NCBI GenBank assembly: GCA_043228905.1
Contig: JBHGNT010000005.1
Coordinates: 20,770,001 to 20,834,000, forward strand
Direction: 5' to 3'
Length of the DNA stretch: 64,000 bases
Source of the DNA: Azolla caroliniana
Taxonomy: Eukaryota > Plantae > Polypodiophyta
Shown here: in pieces, positions 27,498 through 40,330 of the stretch
Layout: each line of letters begins with the position of its first letter
Numbering within the stretch: position 1 is the first letter of the stretch
Translations under genes and position numbers: made by a program
Notes under the pieces: generated by a model
The model's input: only the letters and a program-made list of their open reading frames with translations
Databases searched by the model: none
Told to the model about the DNA's origin: nothing

Positions 27498-27659
27498 GCA
27501 ACCAAAGCACTTCACACTTTATCCTACATACAAAAACACTTGCAATTCCTTTTATTTTCTATAAACACCCAATTCACTTTGTCATATACTTTCTCCAAAT
27601 CTATTGTATCATGATCAATAGTGGGGCAGACTTCTTTGCACAATTCACACTCATTTGAA

Positions 27660-28720
27660 CAATTAGGAGATTATGTAAAATATCCCTCGTCATAAATCCA
27701 CGAGAACCTTGGGCTAACATTTTTGCAATCTATTGGCAATAACCTTAGGAAAAATCTTATACATCCACCCCCATCAAAGGAAGTGGGTGATGGATCTAAA
27801 TTTCCACAAATTAGGCAATTGCTTGGAGCTTCGAACTTGTTAATACAACATGGTGAGAGGTCTCTTTAGCTCTATGCATATTTTTTAAAGAATGTGCTTG
27901 TTAAGCATTCCTCATAGGAGTATTATGATTAGAGAAATGAGAAATGACCACTTCTCCCTATCCATGATATCTCCATCAAGATTTTTGGCATCCGTTTGCG
28001 ATACACAATGCTTAACCCTAGACATAAATGCATATCACGTGTGTTTACGACCATTATCAATTATACAAGCACAACCAAACAATCTTGTAAATTATTGTTG
28101 TCATTTGCGAACAATGATATCGTTTCTTATACAGTTGCCCCTCTTCTATCCGTACCACAATATATCTAGCATTCATTTAGTGTTATCCTTGAAAGAATGA
28201 TTGCCTTTGACAAATATTGTCCCGAAATTCTTGTTTCATTTCGTAGACACGTGCTCATTAATAATTATGATCTTGAAACACTTTCAACTTGTTTCACAAA
28301 ATAATATGTATTCCAACAATTCTATCCCTTAGACCAAGTGATAACAAAACATTTCATTTGTTTGACAAATTAGTTAGGGCATATGATTTTGGTCTCTTCA
28401 ATGAGGCATATTTTCTACCATAAAATATGAATAGTTTATATGCATTTGCCATAAACACTTCCCAAGCGAACGCCCTCATTTGAATGTGTAGTGAGATTTC
28501 CTCCATTAGTTATCCCATATAATTCCAAAACACCTCATGATGACGAAGTCATGAATTGATGTACAATTGGCTTGCTTCACAATACATATTAAGATCCCTC
28601 ATTGTTGGTTTAGTTGTCCCGACTTGAAAACAATAGTGAAGGATTGACATCATTCCTTCACTATGTTTGGGGCATAAATGCCAACTATGTATCCATAACA
28701 TATGTCATGCCAAGAAAATC
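27660..28720 (-). mobile_element. Degraded LINE endonuclease/RT remnant
   Basis: The minus strand gives GYIVGIYAP (AP-endonuclease-like, ~28700) and KVIANRLQK (LINE RT-like, ~27745), amid many stops and deletions. Confidence 0.5.
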
Positions 28721-28864
28721 TGAACTACCATATGTATATCCTCCTTTCTTCTACTTTCTCATTTTACACACATCCCACTACCCAAACCTTAGGACCCAAA
28801 GTTCCGAGTTCCTAAAGTCACTCACCGAGTACCCTAACATCTAAAGTTCACACATTTCTAAAAT

Positions 28865-28866
<2 letters not shown>

Positions 28867-28910
<44 letters not shown>
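28867..28910. repeat. Compound (CT)n(CA)n microsatellite
   Basis: Directly visible in the sequence. Confidence 0.95.
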
Positions 28911-28914
<4 letters not shown>

Positions 28915-31900
28915 AAAAAAGAAAAAACACATGCACATTTAGAGGCATTCATACATTTACTCCCACATAGACACATTTTATTTGTTACAAGTACATACAT
29001 ATACAGTTATACCCAAGCAATGTACACACATCTCCATGTATAAATTCTTGCACATACTTCTACGTGTAAAAGTACACACATCTACAACTTCAAACAAATG
29101 CATGCATAAAATCAAACACGAATATGGATGCACTCATACACACGAAAAATAAATAAATCGTAACACATGGAAAGAACATTTTGTCAAATAAGGTTTATCT
29201 TATGTGGAGGTTATACAAGATTTTCGAGAAATTTGGAAAAAGGCAGATGTCTTCACCTCTTTTGGGGAGAGAATAATGTGGATATATGCTCCACCAATAT
29301 GGCTTTTTCCGCCCCCCTGTCTTGGAAGGCCCTGTATGTGGGCTTTTGCTACTCAACATGTTGGTTGATGTGGGTATAAGGGTTATATTTTAATGTATGA
29401 GTTCTTTGTAGCCTTTGGGCATATTTCCATTAATACCAAGGTGAATCTTTATTTAAATAAAAAATGAAAAATAAAATATTTAAATGATGAAAGCCATTTT
29501 TATCGTTGCCCAAACCACAAGTTGCTTGGTATTTGAAGAGGTTGAAGGTGAGCAATAATATGAAGATGCAAGTCATGATGCTTATGTGCACACTATCGAG
29601 TTCATGGAACACCTCCAATGCTTAGTTTAGTATGAGCATGTTAGATGGCGCATTGTCATATGTAGAGGTATTTGGAACACTTATTGGCAAAGCAATCTAC
29701 CAATATCATATTATCACATTTGTGCACAAGGTAGAGAAGCATAATATGTGCATAATTTTCAGGGAAAGTACTCATAGTAAAGTCGACACATGAGCCAAGG
29801 ATGAGTAGTAGAGGAGAATACTAGCAATTGAGGCAACCTGTAGCTAAAGGGGGGTATAGTAAAACAATTCCCAACATAAAGCACATATTCCCATTTTCCA
29901 AGGTTGCCTCACATTCTCTCCTAAACTACTACTCCTCTCATATGACCGTTTTGATCGAGTGTGAAACTAATTGCTCGTCACATTTCCCCTCGTGCATTGC
30001 CATGCCATGACACTGTGCTCTAAACAATGGACAAGAGAACCTTGATGGTGATGACGCATATAAGATGGTTGTTGAGCTCATCATCAAAGAGGATTGAAGA
30101 AATCAATCTCATGTCAAAGAAGGTGGAATGAATGATCCTCTACATGAAAGTGGGAGATGTCATGGCGATATATACAAAATACCATTGTCATCATGTTATG
30201 ATATCACAAAAAGATCATAAGGGTACTTGCTATCTTTTTATATATAATGTCTACTCATTGTAACTTTTAAAAGATAGTCTACGCTATACACATAATATAA
30301 CATGTCGCTACCTTGTACAAGCTAATGCATGATTAACAAATGGCATTCTTGCATGAATTCCATGGAGCGATCATGCATGGATGTAAGGTGGTAAGCATGC
30401 ATGTGTCCAACCATGCTATATAAGCATGTGCTCTAGTCATTGATGAACCATTATTGTAATATTGGTCTTCTTGTTAACACACGTTATTCTAGTTTGCCCT
30501 CATGATGTTCATAGAAGGCACACCAATTTTGCAAACCATTGTAAGAAGAAAGCTTTGCTTTACTTTCATCTCTAAATTTTGGAAATACTTGCTTGAATTC
30601 CTTTAGATTGTTCATAAACTCTCTTCAAGCTATCATCCAAAGACTCATGATCAAACCAAATGTACCAATCAAACATTGGAGCAATATTTTTGTTGTTTCA
30701 TGAACTACCAATAAGTTGATTGAGTTGACTTTTTACACTATATGGAATTGCCTTACAATAATTTGATTCATTCTTCTACTAAATATACTTCCTTCTTCAC
30801 TTACAAGAGATACATCTCTATTGGATGATACTTGAATATCTAAAAATCCCCAAAAAACCCTCACTACTAAAGATAATCTACTTTGTGGTATGAACACACA
30901 CTTTAACTCAACAATCATGCTAGAGATTTGAACACATGAACTCTTTAGAAGGTGTTGGTAGCTTTAACCACTAGGATATATCATATAATAATCTTTATGA
31001 AGATCATCATTAAATATCAAGTGTTATCCTTGCACAAATGCCAACTGGCATGTTTCCATGAATATCAAGTGACGATTATGCATGCTTATGAGGTAGTGAG
31101 CCTACATGTGTCTAAATCATGTTATATAAACATGTGTTCAAGTATTGATGAATCATTCTGGTTCAATGTTGGTCTTCAACATATTCTTGTATCCCTTACT
31201 ATATTGTTAATACATTGCCAATCTCATATTATTTCTCTCTTGTTTCTCCATTGTTTCTCTATTCTGTTCTTTGCTACAACTGTGATAGTTTGAACTGAAA
31301 TAAACCCTTCTACTTCATTCCTTTTTTTTTTGAGGAGTTGCGCATCCTACCTTCAAATCACCATGGCACCATTTAATGAACAAGAATATATCCACGTTCA
31401 AGGTGATCTAGAACATTTAACAACCAAGTTCATGGCCTTGGAGTAGGAGAATCAAAGGAATTTCGAGGTTTTACAAGTGAATGTTGAGAAAGCTTAACAA
31501 CATGAGGAGTAATATTAGAGGATCATTCTTCAACTTGAAGTCGCACTAGTAACTTTGTGACAACAAGCTTTGGGAGCGCCAAGTTTACTAAAAGAACCTA
31601 AAATAAGTCTCCCATTGAAGTTTGAAGGTACTTGGTCACAAGTCTGAGGATTTCTTAACCAGGCGTGTCTAGTATTACAAATGTAATCCACTTGACATCC
31701 AACTGATTCAACATGATTAAGGTCGGTCGGGACTCTATTGATTGGCACAATGCTTGCTTGGTTTACGCTATCACTTGAGAAAAGGTCCCATGTTTTAGAT
31801 AATTTTGATGAGCTTATTAAAGAATTTCAAGCTTGTTTTGGAGATATAGATAGTGTGCGAACTACTATCAATAAGATTCGAAGGTAATGACAAGGAGATC

Positions 31901-32553
31901 GTCTAGCCTCGGCCTATGCAATTAATTTTTGCCTTTTTGCATTTGATACACCTTGGGATGAAGAGGCATTTATGGATCCATTTTGACAAGGACTTGATGT
32001 TCGTAATGATGTGAAAGATCTACTTCTCACATTTTGTGAAGATCCTAAATTTTTTACTAAGGTGATTAGCCAAGTCGTATGATGTGACATTCCAAGCGTT
32101 AACAATGGTCTCATCCTAGATTAGAGCAAACATATGCATTTATGACAACATTACCATCATATAGAACTATGCAAGCCCATACCCTTAACCCAATAGGTAA
32201 CCCTAGTCGAATGGAGATTGATATTGCACAATCGAGGACCCTAAATGGAAACTAAAAAGTAGCAATGGCAGGCAAACTGTTTATATCTATATTGTGGTGG
32301 CCCAGGACACATTGTGATAAATTGTCCTCATTGGCCTAACCATTAAGTGTGAATACTAAAAATAATCTTGATTCTCCAACTATATCTTGCAATCTTAATA
32401 ATGCTACACCATCAAATCCGTTTGAAGTGCTTAACCAATTAGATAAAGCATTAAATGAGTAAATCCAACCAAAATAGAAGCCATTTGGTTGGATAAACTA
32501 AGATTCATAGAGCCAATCCATAGTAATGGTATCCTTTCATCAAATTGAGTTAG

Positions 32554-32739
32554 TAGGGTTTTTGCGGCACAAGTTGAACTTAGTACCTCAAGATGTCATC
32601 GTGTCATTGCCTCTACTCTTTTGGATTTAGGAGCTAACTCTTGCTTTAGGGTTTTTGCGGCACAAGTTGAACTTAGTACCTCAAGATGTCATCAAGTCAT
32701 TGTCTCTACTCTCTTTGATTTAGGAGTTAAGTCTTGCTT
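32554..32739 (+). repeat. 93-bp tandem duplication covering the host element's protease active-site codons
   Basis: tagggtttttgcggcacaagttgaacttagtacctcaagatgtcatc...gatttaggag...tcttgctt occurs at 32554-32646 and 32647-32739. Confidence 0.9.
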
Positions 32740-32849
32740 CATGGGCCAAGAATTAGCCTTGATACACAATATCTTATTAAAAACATTGCATTCTCCAACA
32801 TCTATCGAGTCAATCATAGATGGTCGATCTATTACTTCAGATAGAGATA

Positions 32850-33307
32850 TGTTGAGAGACAAGCTCAACATCGGCCGGATCGGCTGAAGAAGCCGAGGAC
32901 TGGATCGGTTGGGACCGATCGGTTAGGCTGAATGCGTAAACCTGTACGCAGACCGGTGTGTAGGTAGGGCCGGATCGGTGCGTAAACCGGGAGGCCGTTA
33001 GGAAAGATATTCCGTGAGGAATATATTTGGGAGTTAGTGTAGGAGCTCTTAATGAGCATTGAAGTACTGTCAGTACTTCTGTCAGTCCTTCTAGGACTTG
33101 TATAAAAGTGTTCATTGAACACACATATGTATACAGTGGTGAATAGAGATTGTGTACTTCCGTTGAATATAGTTCTTGTGTTTTTTTCTCTCTATCACTC
33201 GCTCTGTCTCTCCCGCGTATACTGCGTAAGCTCAAGCTCTCCATTAAACCTGAGTTTTCTTCCTTCTATTCGGTCTTCATACTTGCTTCTGCACGCTACT
33301 TTTTACA
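32850..33307 (+). repeat. 5' LTR of copia element
   Basis: TG..CA ends; about 12 substitutions versus 45089-45546 by eye; TATAAAA at ~33102. Confidence 0.97.
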
Positions 33308-33440
33308 TGGTATCAGAGCGCGAGGGTTGAGAACCTCTTTGCAGCCGACACAGCTTGACGAAGAAGAACAAGAAGAACGATTGATAGAGGCATGGAGAGC
33401 TCGCTTCCAACAGAGAAGCTCGACAGAACCAACTACGCGT

Positions 33441-34092
33441 TGTCGTGTAGAAAACCGTCCACAAGCGGAATCGGTGCACCGGAGCGTAGGTACCGGTTCC
33501 TCATGCATGTACGCCTTATGTTGTACATAAGAGAGAATTAGGCACATAGAAGATCCTAGGTAGGTAGATTCGGTAGGTAGGAAGTTAATGGGAAACGGCT
33601 CCCTTCTTGCCTATAAAAGGAGGGAGACGAAGAGGAGGAAAGGATCGCGGATAGAAGAGGACGAAGTGCTGTCGGTTTGTGTGGAAGGCTTCTCTCTCTC
33701 TCTCCCCCCCAAGCTCCGTGGCTTCTTTCTGTGCAGGTTTCGGGAGGCTCGCGCTACTCTGAGGAACGCCCGAGTGCTTTCAGCAGCACCTCCAACCTAC
33801 TCTTTTTTTTCTGTGCGTTTACGAACAGGCATCGACATTTGTTCGCCGGCCTGTTCGGTCGTAACCGACTTCGTGCTTCTTGTTGTTTGTCTTGTTAATA
33901 TAAATATTTACATACATTCGTGTCTCTCTGTGTCGGTGTCCCACTCGCGTCTTTGTGTCGAAGGGCCGTGTCCCTGTGGATCTACACTCGCACGTAGTGG
34001 GTCCCCCTCCCTTCTCCTTTCTCTCTTGCTCTTCGGTACAAGACCCCCGAGGTCCCGCCTCATTGAACGCATCCGCGAGGAATACCTCGACA
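33441..34092 (+). repeat. 5' LTR of nested gypsy
   Basis: 652 bp, TG..CA, TATAAAA at ~33612; about 22 differences from the 3' LTR by eye. Confidence 0.96.
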
Positions 34093-34135
34093 TCTTGGTG
34101 AACCTGACGTGAAAGAGGCGGCAGAAGAGCAGAAG

Positions 34136-36119
34136 ATGAAGGGGTCGGATCTTGCGGAGGCCATGGCTTCGGCAGTGGATCGGATATTGAGCGCACGTGA
34201 GGGCACCGGCGCCCTCGACAGAGCCATTGAGGTGGTCGTCGGTACGATCGGCCGGTTCAGCGGAAAGGATGCCACGAAGTATTTGGCGTCCTACGGGGCA
34301 GAAATGCTGATGCGGGACATTCCGGAAGAGAGGCGTCTTGCCGGGTTTCCTCGAGTGGTGATGCCGAGCATCCATGCGGAGGTGCTCGAGGTGCGGGCGG
34401 AGAGCCGTACCTGGGAGGAGTTCGAAGGCCGACTCCTAGAAAAATATGGGCTGGACGACGCGCTCCGGCTTTCGAAACGAGACTTCATGGAATGGGTGGA
34501 GTCCCCCGGCAAGGGAAGAAACGCGTCGGCACTCCTCCGGGAGTTCGAAGAACGCTTTGCGCGCCTTTTGGCGCTTGACCGAACCGTTCTGGATACGAGC
34601 CGGGTCCTACTGTTCGTCAAGTCGGTGGATGAGCGGGACCGGGATCAAGTCGGCTCCTTGCTGGAAACCAAAGACGGGCTGACGACCGACTGGGCTGCGG
34701 TTAAGCGAGTCTGTGGCCGTTTCGACAAACGACGAGAATGGGCTGACAACGGGGCGGCCGGTGCGGGCTCCGTCACAACAAGGAGGCTTGAACCGGCACC
34801 GCAAGGGCGAAGGGAAGAAACCCGGGAATGGCTCGAAACCGGTCCGGCTTCGACCGGCATGGTCAATGGCTCGTCCGGAGGAGCAGCGTTGGAGGAGTTG
34901 ACGCGGGCGATAAAGGATCTCCAGATCGCCCAGACTCGAAGGGAAGGCGGCGAACCGGCACGTGACCGACGACCAGCAGCAGGGAACAGGTGCATGTGGT
35001 GCGACGAGGTCGGCCACATTCGGAAGGACTGCGGCGATTTCGTAGAGGCGTTGAGGAACCGGGTGGTGTACCTGTGGGAAGGCCGGGTGCACGCCGGCGA
35101 CACCAGAAGGGCCCTGAACCGAAACGACGGGCGAGGAGGTATGAAGAGACTGATGGAAGAGGCAGCGGCCCGACACGTGGAGGCCATCCACTACTCGGCG
35201 TCGGCCGGCATTCGGGTCGGGGGCAGCGAGGCCCGAAAGGAGAGCAAAGACGGATTCTGATCGGCAATGCTGGAAGGCCTCGCCGGCGCACGGTTGAGGA
35301 AAGATGAGGCGGACCGCGCTGAGAGACGGGTCCGGGAAGTATCCGGGTTGAGCGACCCGGTCTAGGAGAAGACGGGCTTCGTAGAAGCCGCCTGCCGAAA
35401 CTATGAGGCTCTGGTAGAAGACAAACGAGTAGGGAAAGCCGGAGCGGCCGGGCCCTCACAACGGTACGAGACCCGATTCGGGCAACGACGGAACGATGCC
35501 GGTGGGTCCAGCTCGCAAGGTAACCCCAGGAAGGGCGGATACCGACTGGGGACGGAAATAGAAAGGACCACGGACCTACGAAAGGTCCTAGAAGAATGGA
35601 TCCTCAACAGCAAAGTGGAGCTGTCATTACGGGAGGTGCTAGGGATTGCCAAGAAGGACTTCCACGACTCCATTGTGGACTTGGTGAAACGGAAGAGGTT
35701 GTCGACGGAGACGGAACCGGAAAGACCGGTGGAGGTGCGGACGACGCACATCGACGACTTGGCGCTGGAAGATGAGTGGGCGGAGAGCCACTATTCGAGG
35801 CCACATTGGGTGGAAGATACGGGCGGCGACGCGCGCCACCGAGGAACTGCACGGGGCCTGCTCGAATGTGCGAGTCAAGATCGGCGACGTCGAGATTGAC
35901 CAACACTTCTTCGTGCAGGAGACGTCCTCGCATCCGGTCATATTAGGGGAACCATACATCACGGCGGCGAGAATGGAGACCAAAGTGCTGGACAACGGTT
36001 CGGCCTACGCAAGGGTCAAAAGCCAGGACGGGCACCATTCGGTCCAATTTCTGATGGTGCGGCCGAACCACGAGCGAAACCGCGAATCCCTCGGTGGCGA
36101 GAACCGGGAGGATTTTTAG
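34136..36119 (+). pseudogene. Gypsy gag-protease ORF, disrupted
   Basis: In-frame stops at 35258 and 35363. A frame change near 35810 coincides with the absence of any aspartic-protease catalytic motif. The protease C-terminal part (HPVILGEPY) ends at TAG 36117-36119. Confidence 0.85.
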
Positions 36120-39100
36120 AGAGGGCTGCCAAGGCGTGGGGCCGGGACAATCCGGACACTCGGGAAAGACCCCACAGCTGTACGATAGAACCGAAACCGA
36201 AGAATCCTTGTACGATAGATAGAAAAATTTGCTTCTCCAACGACGGAGGGTGTATGATAGTCGGCATTGCTGGCCGAAAAAGGGCAAGGGCGGAGGAGCG
36301 ACTTCGAGCGTGCGGAGTCCTCGGCCCGGACGAGGAAATCAGCGGAGCCGTGGAGGCGGTCTCCTTCGACGACACCTTGGGGATGCTGAGGAAGGTAGTC
36401 GGAGAAGACCTTAACGAAGACCGGACGATACTGGTATGTTCCGAAGAGATGTACGAAGTCATCGCGAACTTCAGTCAAGAGCTCGGGTCGGATCGGACAG
36501 CCCGAGTGAGCACGAAGTACAAGATTGTGGACCGGAAGGTAAGGCCAGTCGCGGCACCCTTACCGGAGGGCAGCAAGTCCCGAATCAGAGGGGTTGCGTC
36601 AGACCCCAGTTTACGAGATCCGGTTTGCATAGGACACACCTTCACCGACGGGACGCTCCGAGAGCTCAAAATCGGTGGGGGCGGGTTCCTACTGCCGGCG
36701 GAGGAAGACCGGTTTCAGAGAATGCTCGGAAGGCACGGGAAAGCCTTCGCATTCTCACTGGAAGAGATCGGGTGCGTAGACCCGACAATCGTGGAGCCGA
36801 TGGTGATATTCACGGTACCGCATGTGCCGTGGAATCTCAAGCCGATTCCGGTACCGAGAGCTCACATCCCGAAGTTGATGGAGCTATTGAGGCAGAAAGT
36901 CGATATGGGCATTCTCGAACCGTCGAGTGCCCCATACTCGAACCGATGGTTTACCGTGCCAAAGAAAAACGGAACATTGCGCTTCATTCAAGACCTGCAG
37001 CCGGTCAACAGAGTGACCATTCGCAACGCAGGAATCAGACCGACCATAGACGAGTTCGTGGAGGCCTTCGCCGGAAGGTCGATTTACTCGGTCGGTGATC
37101 TATACTCGGGGTACGACCAGTTCCAGATAGCCGTGGAGAGCAGAGACATTACGACGATGCGAACTCCCCTCGGCCTAGTGCGAATGTGTACCCTGCCACA
37201 AGGAGGGACTAACTCGGTGGCCCACATGGTGAATGCAATGAACAAGGTACTGAGGGATTGCATCTCGGACATCACCATACCGTTTCTAGACGACATCCCA
37301 ATAAAGGGGTGCCCGGTGGAAGAGAAGGACGAGACACTCGGGCTGGACGGATGCCGACGATTCGTGGCAACACACATCGACGACTGCGAGAAGGTGCTAC
37401 AAAGGCTAGAGGATGCGAGGCTCACCTTCTACGGGGAGAAATCGGCCTTCGGGCAATCAGAAATCCTAGTGGTCGGACACCTATGTGGACCATATGGCCG
37501 GAAGCCGTCTCCGGCAATAGTAGAAGCCATCTCCGCGATGAAGACCGACTGTAGCTCGATTATGGAAGTTCGGAGGTTCCTGGGGGCATGCGCGTTCTAC
37601 CACATATGGATCCCGCATTACGCCCACGTTGCGGAGCCGCTATACGGGTTGCTAAAGAAGGGGCGAAAATTCAAGTGGCGGGACGAGCACACGGAGTCGG
37701 TCCAGAAGCTGAAGGATGCTCTTGCGGCAGCACTGGCGCTCCGGAAGGCTGTCTACGAGAAGGGTACCCCGGTATACATAACGGTGGATACGAGCCCGAC
37801 CGGGATCGGATGGGTCGTCAACCAAGAAAACGAGGACGGCGTTTGGTTCCCGATCCGATTCGGCGCGAAGGTCCTTAGTGAGCGACAGTGAGGGTACGCC
37901 CAGGTTAAACGCGAACTCTGGGGTATCGTTTCGGTAGTAAAGGCCAACAAAGACTACTGATCGGGACAGAAGTGGTTATCGAGATGGATTGCCTGCCAAT
38001 TCTCGGCATGGTTTCCGGATGCGCGACACCGGACCTGGCGATGCTCAGGTGGATAGCGTACATCAAGTCCCTGGACCCGGAAATACGACACATTTCCGGA
38101 AAGGACAACGCCATGGCCGACATGCTTTTGAGGGCGAGGTTTGATGACGAGGGCGGCATGGTTTCGGAGGACGAAGAAGTCGGCGTGGACTTCTTCGAGG
38201 CAGCGTACGTGACGACCGATGGGACGAGCACTCCGGCGCTTAACGGCTTCGACGAGAGCAAGTACGACGGCGAGTGGCTACAGATCGGTGGGTTCTTAAG
38301 GACCATGACGCCGGATGCATCATGGACGAGGGACGAGACCAACCGGATCCGGAAGAAAGCATACCGATTCTTTCTCCGGGACGGATACTTATGGAAGCAC
38401 CCGAAGAAGAGGAACGGCGTCCCGCTCCGGGTGGTGGCGATGAAGGAAGAACATGAAGAGCTGTTGACGGCCTACCACGACAGCCCTTGGGTTGGACACC
38501 GTGGAACGTGGGTCACGTTCGAGAAGATAAAGGGGAAGTACTGGTGGTTGGGACTGTACCGGGACGTGCATCAGTTCGTGACAACTTGCGAGAGCTGTCA
38601 GATGCACTCCATAGTCCGATATCGGGACGAGCTTCACCCTACGTACCCTCCGACCATCCACTTCAAATGGATGGTAGATCTGGTGACGATGCCGATGGGA
38701 GTAGGACAGATGCGGTATCTGGTCCTGGCTCGAGAAGATCTGACGAACCAGGTGGAAGGCCGAGCCCTTCAGAACAAAACGACCGCGGCCGTATGTCGGT
38801 TCCTGATCGAGGACGTGATATGCCGGTACGGGTGCGTCGGGAAGATCGTGGCTGATCGCGGGGAGTTGGACGCCGAAGAGGCCGAGGAGCTGTTCGACCG
38901 GCTAGGAGTCAAGCTCTCGCTTACCACTGCGTACAATCCGGAGGCAAATGGGAAGGTGGAGCGTGGACACGGACCGATCGTCAAGGCGTTAGTTCGGGCA
39001 TGCGGAGGACAAGTCGGGAACTGGCCGCGGCTATTGCCTTACGTGTTGTGGGCGGACCGAACTACGCACAGTTCGGTAACAGGATTCATGCCGGCAGAGC

Positions 39101-39599
39101 TCATGTTTGGGCAGAAGCCGATCATGCCGATGGAACGTACGATCTCCTCATGGGCCACCGTGGACTGGAGGGACGAGATGAGCAGGGAGGAACTGTTGGC
39201 GGCGCGCATACGGCAGCTCGAGCGAAGACCGGAGGACGTAGAGCAGGGTATGGAAAAGCTTCGGGGAACAAAGCCCGGTTTGACCGAACGCACCGGCTCC
39301 GACCGAAGAAGATCGAGGAAGGCGACTGGGTGCTAATCTACGACAACAGCCTCGACAACCAACACCGAGCAACACGGAAGTTCGCAAGAAGGTGGTTCGG
39401 GCCTTACGTAGTACAAAACGCCAACGACAACGGGACGTACCATCTGGCGGAACTCGACGGCACGAGAATGGCGATACTGATAGCTGGGAAGCGGATCAAA
39501 GCGTTCAAGAAGCGTCACGACGACGAGCCGGATCCGGTTAACCTGGACCGCGACGACGAACGATCCGAAACCGAGGAAGAACCGACGGGCGGGGAATGA
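36110..39599 (+). pseudogene. Gypsy pol (RT-RNaseH-integrase), disrupted
   Basis: Open from 36110 to a TGA at 37889, with frameshifts near 37958 and 39265. ORF-track pieces 36254-37891, 37972-39336 and 39000-39599 carry RT, RH/INT and the GPY tail. Confidence 0.9.
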
Positions 39600-39673
39600 A
39601 GACTGGACCGGTTTTCTCCGACCCCAACTCAATTTGGCGCATGCCGGTGGATGCGCGGTTAGGTGGGGGCAGA

Positions 39674-40326
39674 TGTCGTGAAGATAACCGTCCACAAGCG
39701 GAATCGGTGCACCGGAGCGTAGGTACTGGTTCCTCATGCACGTACGCCTTATGTTGTACATAAGAGAGAATTAGGCACATAGAAGATCCTAGGTAGGTAG
39801 ATTCGGTAGGTAGGAAGTTAATGGGAAACGGCTCCCTTCTTGCCTATAAAAGGAGGGAGACGAAGAGGAGGAAAGGATTGCGGATAGAAGAGGACGAAGT
39901 GCTGTCGGTTTGTGTGGAAGGCTTCTCTCTCTCTCTCCCCCCCCAAGCTCCGTGGCTTCTTTCTGTGCAAGTTTCGGGAGGCTCGCGCTGCTTTGAGGAA
40001 CGCCCGAGTGCTTCCGGCAGCACCTCCAACCTACTCTTTTCTTTCTGTGCGTTTACGAACAGGCATCGGCATCTGTTCGCCGGCCTATTCGGTTGTAATT
40101 GACTTTGTGCTTCTTGTTGTTTGTCTTGTTAATATAAATATTTACATACATTCGTGTCTCTCTGTGTCGGTGTCCCACTCGCGTCTTTGTGTCGAAGGGC
40201 CGTGTCCCTATGGATCTACGCTCGCACGTAGTGGGTCCCCCTCCCTTCTCCTTTCTCTCTTGCTCTTCGGTACAAGACCCCCGAGGTCCCGCCTCATTGA
40301 ACGCATCCGCGAGGAATACCTCAACA
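39674..40326 (+). repeat. 3' LTR of nested gypsy
   Basis: 653-bp direct repeat of 33441-34092. Confidence 0.96.
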
Positions 40327-40330
40327 GCGT

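Larger units (their letters stand above)
33441..40326 (+). mobile_element. Full-length Ty3/gypsy LTR retrotransposon (no chromodomain, tRNA-Trp primed, Phygy-like) nested in the copia gag
   Basis: LTRs at 33441-34092 and 39674-40326, 4-bp TSD gcgt, PBS tggtgaacctgacgtga at 34096-34112, PPT-like ggtgggggcaga before the 3' LTR. Contains a gag CCHC knuckle (CMWCDEVGHIRKDC), RT (DLYSGYDQF, LPQGGTNS, FLDDI), RNaseH (VDTSPTGIG) and integrase (HHCC, ANGKVERG, WFGPY). Removing it restores the copia gag NYASWSYKM. The Phygy assignment is from memory of the lineage. Confidence 0.96.

Noticed and set aside
31270-31300. Tf1-style self-priming site for the old gypsy
   Set aside because: Only a ~6-nt complementarity (gttcaa) to LTR sequence; not enough in such decayed DNA.
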